Source: Alphaproteobacteria bacterium
GTDB taxonomy: Bacteria > Pseudomonadota > Alphaproteobacteria > UBA828
Assembly: GCA_965207055.1 (NCBI GenBank)
Contig: CBDBLP010000002.1
Span: 336,152-400,151, forward strand
Reading direction: 5' to 3'
Length of the DNA stretch: 64,000 nt
Shown: positions 16,176 to 23,074 of the stretch, one piece after another
Layout of the letters: each line of letters begins with the position of its first letter
Numbering within the stretch: the first letter of the stretch is position 1
Program-made: the position numbers and the translations under genes
Notes under the pieces: model-generated
Told to the model about the DNA's origin: nothing
Database searches by the model: none
The model's input: the letters and a program-made list of their open reading frames with translations, nothing else

Positions 16176-16549
16176 GTTTCCTCGCTTCGTTGCGGCCCGT
16201 CCGGGCCGGCCAGTATCGACGTTGCGTCCGCCGCGAGTCTGTGTGTCGCCCGCGCCAGCGCATACGCTCTCAGTTGCTCGCGCGTCCAGCCGCTGCGACC
16301 GGTTCCGGCGACATTGCGGGCGGCCGGCGCCAGGTGGCGCGCCTCCGCCGAATCGGGGTGGTCGCGCCTGTAAAACGGTTTGCTGTAGATCTCGAAGGTC
16401 CCAGGGGCGGGCGCAAACGGTCCCATGAGCTCGCTGAGATATCGGGCGGCTTCCTTCGTTGTCAGGAGGCCTTCGTATGCAGCGAGGCGGGCCATGGTCG
16501 GCTGGCTGTCGTTTCCGGGTTGCGGCAGGTCCACCATGCGATACCACAC
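16172..16549 (-). CDS. Small putative DNA-binding protein (HTH-like LLTTKEAARYL)
   Basis: The ORF is coupled to the downstream gene. The motif GLLTTKEAARYLSEL resembles MerR/excisionase-type HTH proteins. The real start may be the internal ATG at 16495. Confidence 0.4.
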   Translation of the reverse strand: MWYRMVDLPQPGNDSQPTMARLAAYEGLLTTKEAARYLSELMGPFAPAPGTFEIYSKPFYRRDHPDSAEARHLAPAARNVAGTGRSGWTREQLRAYALARATHRLAADATSILAGPDGPQRSEET

Positions 16550-16640
16550 TTCACCGGGGGTTTTTGGAACAAAACGGAGAAAATTGCAGAGGGCCCTGGG
16601 GGCGGCTCACCACGGGACACGACCGGACAATGTGTGCGCG

Positions 16641-17780
16641 TCAGACCACCCGATCGGCGGCGCGTGCGGCACCTTCCTCGGGCTCTTCGTCGTCCATCTG
16701 AAGGAAAAGCGCACGGATATCGGCTTGGAGGCGCTCGGACTCCTCGTCGCTCAGATTCCTTCCTAGGGGACCAATCGTGGTGATAACCAAATCAATGATT
16801 TGGTCGAAGAGGTCATTGTGGTCGCCAACACTGGGCGCCTCAGCCCGATCGCGATTCGCCAAGGCCTTGACGCGTGGCGGCAGGGGCTGTCCCGGTTCAA
16901 GCCTGCCGTCTCCGTGCTCATCTTGCCAGCGATTGAGCCAGCGGCGAATTGTCGAGACATTGGGTGCCTCGCCATGGTGTTCGATCAGCGCCTGTCGCGC
17001 ATCCTTGGCCGTGAGATGGCGACCGCGAAGCGTGGCGAGGCCCTCGAGCGTCTTCTGCATCGACGCGTCCAGCGACGTCGGTCTTCCCGTTCGGGGCCTG
17101 TCGAGTAGCGCCTCCTGTCGCGCTATTGGGTTGGCGATCCCCTTGACCTTGCCGCGCCAAGCCCCTACCGCAGATGCTGACACGCCTGCCTCTTTCCCAG
17201 CTATGGCATCAGCCTCGGCGCGCGACTTGCCCTCGCTCTTGAGGGCGTCGGAGCGCTCGATCACTGCAAGCCGTTGCGTGGCCTGTTCGCGTTGGGCTTC
17301 TGTGGCGGGTTCCGAGGCGCCGGCACCCAACACCGCTTTCGTTCCGGCGTCCTGCAGCGGCTGGTGCGGAATGGCTGCAACGGTCAGTGCCGCCACCTCC
17401 CGGCGTAAGGTGGCAATCTCGTTGAGAAATTCTCCAAGGCGGTTGCTGAGAGCGGCTTGACTGCGCTCTACGCGCTGCCGGTCTGGCGCCTCATCGATGT
17501 CGCCCGCGCCGCCCGCGAGACCCCACTCTCGAGGCGGGCCGATATAGAACTCAAGGCCCAGAGCGTCACATACGTCGGCGACGCGCGAAAGCTTTGGCTC
17601 GTGCCCGTCGAGGATGCTGCGTATAGCATCACGCGGCAGTCCGGCTGCCGTTGCGACGCCGGCCCTGGAACGACGGCCAAGCGCCGCCTCGACCGCCTTC
17701 CGAAAATCATCGAGAACTGGCGGCATAGGGTACTTGTGCCACGTTTGCCGTGCGAACACAACGGGGCGCGTGGAATACAC
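16641..17780 (-). CDS. Repressor-like protein: N-terminal XRE-type HTH plus a domain shared with the MuA-like transposase N-terminus
   Basis: The XRE-like stretch is GVATAAGLPRDAIRSILDGHEPKLSRVADVCDALGLEFYIG. Residues about 160-237 align with the transposase N-terminus. The gene is divergent from the early operon, as for Mu c. The start is uncertain (GTG 17780 or ATG 17729). Confidence 0.6.
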   Translation of the reverse strand: MYSTRPVVFARQTWHKYPMPPVLDDFRKAVEAALGRRSRAGVATAAGLPRDAIRSILDGHEPKLSRVADVCDALGLEFYIGPPREWGLAGGAGDIDEAPDRQRVERSQAALSNRLGEFLNEIATLRREVAALTVAAIPHQPLQDAGTKAVLGAGASEPATEAQREQATQRLAVIERSDALKSEGKSRAEADAIAGKEAGVSASAVGAWRGKVKGIANPIARQEALLDRPRTGRPTSLDASMQKTLEGLATLRGRHLTAKDARQALIEHHGEAPNVSTIRRWLNRWQDEHGDGRLEPGQPLPPRVKALANRDRAEAPSVGDHNDLFDQIIDLVITTIGPLGRNLSDEESERLQADIRALFLQMDDEEPEEGAARAADRVV

Positions 17781-17827
17781 TCGACGAATCTTTTGACTCT
17801 TCGTGTAATTCGTGCCACGATCGACGT

Positions 17828-18142
17828 ATGGATTCGACGCTGAGGTTGATGGAGCTCTATTCGGAGCACCGCGGCATTGCCCCGACGACGTTGGGCAGGC
17901 TCACGGTCAGCTCCTCTACTGTGGCAAAGCGCATCGGCCGAGGAGCGGTCACGATCCGCACCACCCGGAAGATTGAACGTTGGCTTTCCGACCATTGGCC
18001 AGCGGGCCTTGAGTGGCCATCCGATATCCCTCGACCGACGCCCAACCAATCACAACCTGCGGCCCGGCCAGAGGGGGGGGCGATGACTGACCCCTCGCCC
18101 GGCACCGGCGCGCGCGCCATCCGAAACCAACTTCACACCTGA
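17828..18142 (+). CDS. Small protein in the Ner position (first gene of the early operon)
   Basis: The internal ATG at 17828 gives MDSTLRLMELYSEHRGIAPTTLGRLTVSSSTVAKRIGRGAVTIRTTRKIERWL. The call rests on position and size only. Confidence 0.4.
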   Translation: MDSTLRLMELYSEHRGIAPTTLGRLTVSSSTVAKRIGRGAVTIRTTRKIERWLSDHWPAGLEWPSDIPRPTPNQSQPAARPEGGAMTDPSPGTGARAIRNQLHT

Positions 18143-18156
18143 CAGGGAGGATCACA

Positions 18157-18480
18157 ATGAGCGACGCGACACATGGCGACAATAGAAGAACGGTTGCGCT
18201 GGCGGGCGACGCGCTGACGGCCGTGGGCGACGTGCGCAGGCTCTCTGAGCACTTCGCCTGGTATGCGGACCAGGTCGCCTCGGAGGACGCTAAGGGGTGC
18301 AAAAACGGTCTCGCAGTCCTGGAATCCGCATTGCGCAGCATGAATGCGCTCGCAGACGAGGCGGAGCGGCCGCTCGAAGAGGTCTATGACCGGGCGTGCA
18401 GGGAGGAGATGGACCATGGCTCTCACCAGGAACCAGTACGCAGTTGTCCACATTGCGCGGAAGGCGCTCGGCCTGTCTGA
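18157..18480 (+). CDS. Hypothetical early-region protein
   Basis: 107-aa ORF in operon context. Its 3' end overlaps the GemA-like start by about 65 nt, so its extent is uncertain. Confidence 0.3.
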   Translation: MSDATHGDNRRTVALAGDALTAVGDVRRLSEHFAWYADQVASEDAKGCKNGLAVLESALRSMNALADEAERPLEEVYDRACREEMDHGSHQEPVRSCPHCAEGARPV

Positions 18481-18880
18481 CGGGGAATATCGCGAGGTTC
18501 TGCGAAAGATGGCCGACGTGGAGAGCTCCAAGGATCTCGACCAGGACGGCTTTGAGCTGGTCATGCAGGGCTTCGCCGCCATGGGCTACCGCTCTGATTT
18601 CACCAAGAGTTTCTACGGCCGCCGTCGAGATCGGGCCACACCGGCGCAGGTCTCCCGAATCCGCCAGCTCTGGGGCGAGTACACCGGGGGCGGTGGCGGG
18701 CAACTCTCCCTCGACAATTGGATTGAGCGCACCTTCCGGGTCTCTGCGCTGAGATTTCTCACCGCCGAGCAGGCGGAGAAGGCTGTCAAGGCCTTGTGGG
18801 CCATGCGGAATCGCCAGAAGGCCGAGCGGCGCAAGCGGCGGACCACCGCCACACCCGCTGCGGTGGGGCCTGCGGAGTGA
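18416..18880 (+). CDS. GemA-like (Mu gp16, DUF1018) regulatory protein
   Basis: MALTRNQYAVVHIARKALGLSDGEYREVLRKMADVESSKDLDQDGFELVMQGFAAMGY... is the typical DUF1018 opening. Confidence 0.65.
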   Translation: MALTRNQYAVVHIARKALGLSDGEYREVLRKMADVESSKDLDQDGFELVMQGFAAMGYRSDFTKSFYGRRRDRATPAQVSRIRQLWGEYTGGGGGQLSLDNWIERTFRVSALRFLTAEQAEKAVKALWAMRNRQKAERRKRRTTATPAAVGPAE

Positions 18881-20622
18881 CACGCACGGCGCACCACGAG
18901 CCCCGCGATGATGGGGCCTGGGAACGCGCCAGCGAGGCGCAGCGCGCTGCGGCCACGGCGCGCCTCGAAGCCGTGCGGCGAGCCGTTGCCCTCCACGCCG
19001 AAGGGCTTCCGTGTGGAGATGCGGATGCGCTCGCGGCCGAGGAGGCCGGCGTCTCGGCCAAGTCTGTCAGGCGTTGGCGTAGGGCGGTCAAGCGCGCGCC
19101 GCGCGGCATGGAGCTCGGCGCGCTGATTGACAGGCCCCGCACCGGCAGGCCGGCGGGCAAGTGGAGCGGCGCCGGGGCGCGGGAGCTCTGGCGTTTCTGG
19201 TGCAGCGACTACATGCGCGAGGAGGCGCCGCCCGCGCCGGCCGTACACCGGCGCCTCGCCGACGTAGCGGGGCAGCGGGGCTGGGAGCTCCCGCCGCTCG
19301 ACGCCTTCGTCCGGCGCACCAGGAAGGAATTCACGCGGACGGAGATCGTCCGTGCCCGGGAGGGCGCACTCGCGGCCATGAACCTGGTGCCCCACCAGAC
19401 CCGCTCCGTCGCCGGCCTCAAGCCGCTGGACATCATCAACGGCGACGGGCGCCGCCACGACGTGCTGGCGACGCTGCCCTCCGGCAAGGAGGGGCGCCCC
19501 GTAATCTGGGCGTGGCAGGACGTGCGCACGCGCAAGATCCTCGCCTGGCGCGCCGGCGAGACCGAGAGCGCCGACCTGGTGCGGACCTCGCTGCACCAGG
19601 TCATCGACGAACATGGCGTGCCCGGCCGGGTCCTCATCGATTCGACCCGCGCCGCATCGGCAAAGTGGGCGACGGGCGGACAGCCCGGCCGCAAGCGCTG
19701 GCGCTCCACCGACGAAGAGCTGCCAGGCCTGCTGAAGACGCTGGACATCGGTTATTCGGCGACGAAGGTGGACCGGGACGCGGCCGGCCGGGGCAAGGGC
19801 CGCGGGCGGGCCAAGCCCGTCGAGCGCGCGTTCCTCGATCTCGCCAACCATATCGACACGCACCCACTGCTGGCCGGCGCCTACACCGGCCGCTCGACGG
19901 TCGACCGGCCCGAGACCCACCGCATGCGTCCGGTGCCGTGGGAAACCTTCATCGACGTCGTCACCCGCTGTGTCGCCGAACACAACGCCCGCGAGGGGCG
20001 GCAGACCGAGGCCGCTGCGGGCCGGAGCTTCGACCAGGTGTGGGCGGAGGAGATCGCCGACACCGTCGTCAGCCGCCTGTCTCCGGCGCAGGCGGCGATC
20101 CTGCTGCTCGCGGCCGAGCCCTCCACGATCGACCGCTCCGGCTGCCTGATGCTGAAGGCGGGCAGGGGCGCAGGGCTGCCGGCAAACCGCTACCACAATC
20201 CCGACCTGGTCGAGCGCACCGGTGAGCGGGTGGTCGCCCGCTTCGATCCCGAGGACCTGCACGGCACGGTCCACGTCTTCGACGCCAAGGGACGCTACGT
20301 CTGCGCCGCCGGCTGCATCGCGCCCACCGGGTTCGGCGACACCGCTGCCGCCAAGGAGTGGGAGGCCGCGCGCCGACGCCGGCGCCGCAGCGCCGAGCAA
20401 GGGCTCGCGGCGCAGCGAGATATGGACGAGCTGCAACGCACCATGGCGGCGCTGCCCCCGACGACGGCAGCGCCCGAGCCCCAGCCCGCCGCCGTCCGTC
20501 TCGTGACGGGCGAGAGCGTGCCGCGGCCCCCGACCGGCGGTGATGTGCCAGCCCCGCGCGGCCGCAGTGCATTCATGACGGCGCTCAGGACCGTCCGGCA
20601 GATCGAGGAGAGCGAAGAATGA
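18877..20622 (+). CDS. MuA-like DDE transposase
   Basis: The GTG at 18877 overlaps the GemA-like stop (GTGA). N-terminal HTH modules are present. The catalytic core has DIINGDGRRHD, VLIDSTRAAS and AKPVERAF. The C-terminal region is typical of Mu-transposase-family proteins. Confidence 0.75.
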   Translation: MTRTAHHEPRDDGAWERASEAQRAAATARLEAVRRAVALHAEGLPCGDADALAAEEAGVSAKSVRRWRRAVKRAPRGMELGALIDRPRTGRPAGKWSGAGARELWRFWCSDYMREEAPPAPAVHRRLADVAGQRGWELPPLDAFVRRTRKEFTRTEIVRAREGALAAMNLVPHQTRSVAGLKPLDIINGDGRRHDVLATLPSGKEGRPVIWAWQDVRTRKILAWRAGETESADLVRTSLHQVIDEHGVPGRVLIDSTRAASAKWATGGQPGRKRWRSTDEELPGLLKTLDIGYSATKVDRDAAGRGKGRGRAKPVERAFLDLANHIDTHPLLAGAYTGRSTVDRPETHRMRPVPWETFIDVVTRCVAEHNAREGRQTEAAAGRSFDQVWAEEIADTVVSRLSPAQAAILLLAAEPSTIDRSGCLMLKAGRGAGLPANRYHNPDLVERTGERVVARFDPEDLHGTVHVFDAKGRYVCAAGCIAPTGFGDTAAAKEWEAARRRRRRSAEQGLAAQRDMDELQRTMAALPPTTAAPEPQPAAVRLVTGESVPRPPTGGDVPAPRGRSAFMTALRTVRQIEESEE

Positions 20623-21578
20623 CCGAGACCGTCACCGCGTTCCCCGGCCCGGACGCGATGCCCACCGCTCACGAGGCGGCCGTAGAGGCATGCCGGGCGG
20701 AGATAAAGGCCACGGGCCTCTCCATCGCCCAGGCGGCACGCGAGATGGACCGCGTCTCCAACACCACGCTCTCGAAGTGGCTGCGCGGCGTCTATGACGG
20801 CGACGTGCCGGCGGTCACCGAGTGCGTGATGGCCTGGCTTGCGACACGTCAGGAAAAGGCCCGCCGCGACATGGGCGCGGCGGGGCTCGATCGCTTCGCC
20901 GATCTCCGGGTCACTGCGGAGGTCGAAGACGCCCTCAGCTATGCCCAGGCCACCGGTGACATCGTTCTCGTGCACGGCCGCTCCGGCTGTGGCAAGAGCT
21001 GGGGCGTAACGCGCTACTGCAACGGGCACGGCGCCACCCATCGCCTCACCGTCACCAAAGCCGTGGTGAGGCTGGCCGGGCTGGTCAACCGCATATCGGC
21101 TGCCGTCGACGCGGGCACCGGCCATTCCTCCACCCTCGCGGCCGAGACGGCGGTGATCCGCAAGTTGGAGGGGCGGGGTGCGTTGCTCTGCATCGACGAG
21201 GCGCAGCGCCTCTCGGTCCCGCTTCTCGACGAAGTCCGCAGCATCCGCGACGAAGCCGGTTGCGGCGTCGCGCTGATCGGCGACAACAGGATCTGGAATA
21301 CGTTGACCAAGTCCGAAGACTGCGATCAGATCGTCGGCCGCATCGGAATACGCCTGCCCCTGGAGCCCACCTACGATTCCGACATCCTCGAGCTCGCCCG
21401 CAGCGTCCTCGGCCGCGATCCCGGCAAGGGCGAGATCAAACGCCTCAGAGCAGCCGCCTGCGGTGCGGGCGGGTTGCATGCGCTGCGCCGACTTCTGGCC
21501 CGCGCCTGGATGATCGCGCGTGCCGGCGATCGACCGATCGCGGCGGACGATGTTGCCGCTGCGGCCGAGGCGGCGTGA
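20619..21578 (+). CDS. MuB-like AAA+ transposition ATPase
   Basis: N-terminal HTH (GLSIAQAAREMDRVSNTTLSKWLRG), Walker A GRSGCGKSW and Walker B LLCIDEAQRL. Its start overlaps the transposase stop. Confidence 0.75.
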   Translation: MTETVTAFPGPDAMPTAHEAAVEACRAEIKATGLSIAQAAREMDRVSNTTLSKWLRGVYDGDVPAVTECVMAWLATRQEKARRDMGAAGLDRFADLRVTAEVEDALSYAQATGDIVLVHGRSGCGKSWGVTRYCNGHGATHRLTVTKAVVRLAGLVNRISAAVDAGTGHSSTLAAETAVIRKLEGRGALLCIDEAQRLSVPLLDEVRSIRDEAGCGVALIGDNRIWNTLTKSEDCDQIVGRIGIRLPLEPTYDSDILELARSVLGRDPGKGEIKRLRAAACGAGGLHALRRLLARAWMIARAGDRPIAADDVAAAAEAA

Positions 21579-21609
21579 GTTTTCTCAGCGAACACCGGGG
21601 CGCGTAGCG

Positions 21610-22653
21610 GTGGCCGGGAGATTCGGCGGGGCCTTCGCCCCCACGCCCTTCGATCTGCACCACGGCTCCACGCTGCGGGTGCTGACCAGGGACAACGCCC
21701 GCAGGGTCGACAAGCTGCTCTCGCAGTGGGGCGGGGAAGGCCCCGTAACAAGCAAGTTGCGGGACGCCATCACCGCCGAACACGATGCGAAGGTCTTGCG
21801 TGCGGTGACCGAGCCGCTCTGCCGGGGCTGGTCTCTCCAGTGGATCGCGAACTTCCTGGAGCGGGAGCCCCATCTGCTCCCTCCAGCTGACTACCGGGAG
21901 TTGCGGTTGGGTCGGGACGCGTCCGGTGGCGGCTGGTACCCTGAGACGGTGGCCAGAATATTCCGGCGCAACGGCATTTCCACCGTGGATGCCACCTGGC
22001 GGCACAAGCTTTGCGAGGCCGTCGAGGCAGTGGTTGGTCACGCGCCCCACGCCGGCTGCGACTTCAAGCAGGCCGTGCGCGAGATCACGGATAGGCGCGT
22101 CCTTACTGAAGCCCAGGCGCGGGCATGGCAGGCGCGGATCGAGCCGCCCTCCGACAAATGGGGGGTGAGGACGCTCAAGGCGTTTCTCATGCTCGGCGGC
22201 GGCGACTATGGGGCCGTGCACACCCCTCCTGCCGAGTACCAGGCCGGTCTGTGGCGGGAGCACATTGGGTGCCGCTGGCTGGACGGCGAATCACCTGAAG
22301 CGATCGCAGACGCGCTGGATGCGGCCGGCGTTCTCACGCCCTCCCAGCAGCGCGCTCTCTACGAGGGGCGGCTCGTGTGGAAAAGGAAGTGGACCGCCTC
22401 GACCGTCCGCGGCCTGGTGCGGCGGCGGGGCAAGCACCGCACCTGGTCAGAAGCGGAGAGGCAGGCGCACCGCTGCGCCTCTCGCGGGCACATCTCCCCG
22501 CTCCGCGCTGTCGGCAAGAGCGCACGTGCCGTAGCCGACGCGCTGAACGCTGCCGGCGTCCTAACGCCTTCCCAGCAGCGCGCGAGGGATCAAGGGCGGG
22601 CACCGCCCGATGCCCGCTGGAGCGCCGGCTCCGTACTTCGCCTCGCCGCTTGA
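21610..22653 (+). CDS. Protein with three serine-recombinase 'Recombinase'-domain-like modules and no catalytic domain
   Basis: Module 1 is WIANFLERE...GGGWYPETVARIFRRNG, module 2 is IADALDAAGVLTPSQQRALYEGRLVWKRKWTASTVRGLVRR, and module 3 is VADALNAAGVLTPSQQRARDQGRAPPDARWSAGSVLRL. The start is uncertain; the GTG at 21610 is the first start codon after the MuB stop. Confidence 0.45.
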   Translation: MAGRFGGAFAPTPFDLHHGSTLRVLTRDNARRVDKLLSQWGGEGPVTSKLRDAITAEHDAKVLRAVTEPLCRGWSLQWIANFLEREPHLLPPADYRELRLGRDASGGGWYPETVARIFRRNGISTVDATWRHKLCEAVEAVVGHAPHAGCDFKQAVREITDRRVLTEAQARAWQARIEPPSDKWGVRTLKAFLMLGGGDYGAVHTPPAEYQAGLWREHIGCRWLDGESPEAIADALDAAGVLTPSQQRALYEGRLVWKRKWTASTVRGLVRRRGKHRTWSEAERQAHRCASRGHISPLRAVGKSARAVADALNAAGVLTPSQQRARDQGRAPPDARWSAGSVLRLAA

Positions 22654-23074
22654 CTCTGGTGAGCGCAACCGGATAACGGGAGCGCTTTTGCCGTTTTGCG
22701 CCAGTTAAGCGATTTCGGCGCCGCCGCACTCTACTTTCCCTGAACTTAGACTCCCGGAGCCGCGAAGCCCCCATGCCGGGGCTGACGCCGCTCTGACTCA
22801 GTATTGCGCTCATAACGTTAAGAAGTCGTGGGAAACGCCTTCCGGAGGCCTTGATCGCAGCGCGCGCCACCCACCACGGGCGCCACGTCACCGGCCCCTC
22901 AGCGCTCGTTCTGGATAACCGGCCCGACTGTGCGGCGCCCATTCATATGCCCTGCACGGTCCTTGTATCCCGCTGTCACCGCCGGTTTCCGGCCGGCGCG
23001 GCGCCCTTGCCCGACTGCTCTCCGCACCCGCGCCTGGCGCTCCGGGCGGATCGCGAGATTCGAGATGCTTCCGG

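Larger units (their letters stand above)
16565..22703 (+). mobile_element. Mu-like transposable early-region module (candidate mini-Mu) with tentative boundaries
   Basis: Gene order is repressor(-) | Ner-position gene, GemA-like, MuA-like, MuB-like (+). Candidate termini are TGGAACAAAACGGAGAAA (16565) and the reverse complement of 22703, TGGCGCAAAACGGCAAAA, which match at 14 of 18 positions and begin with TG. No perfect 5-bp duplication flanks them (GTTTT versus GTTAA). Confidence 0.4.

Noticed and set aside
18613-20436. A 607-aa minus-strand ORF lies opposite the MuA-like gene. Similar long antisense ORFs are at 44758..46443, 43500..45113, 34204..35613, 33098..34405, 36904..38343 and 31619..32905.
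   Set aside because: All lie antisense to genes with strong family signatures, have Arg/Gly/Ala/Pro-biased composition, and lack recognisable domains. This is typical GC-rich shadow-ORF behaviour.
16560-22708. A 5-bp target-site duplication might flank the candidate Mu-like termini.
   Set aside because: The flanks read GTTTT and GTTAA (3 of 5 matching), and no shared pentamer occurs within 10 bp of either end. The termini are therefore reported only as tentative.
9640-22840. The shared 9-mer AAGTCGTGG at about 9641 and about 22824 could be attL/attR direct repeats bounding a 13-kb island.
   Set aside because: A 9-bp match between two windows of about 400 bp is expected about once by chance, and the similarity does not extend beyond it.
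22654-23074. Short ORFs (22851..23078, 22930..23133, and minus-strand ORFs) lie between the Mu-like module and the autotransporter.
   Set aside because: They are mutually overlapping, carry no recognisable features, and are best treated as intergenic or junction DNA.
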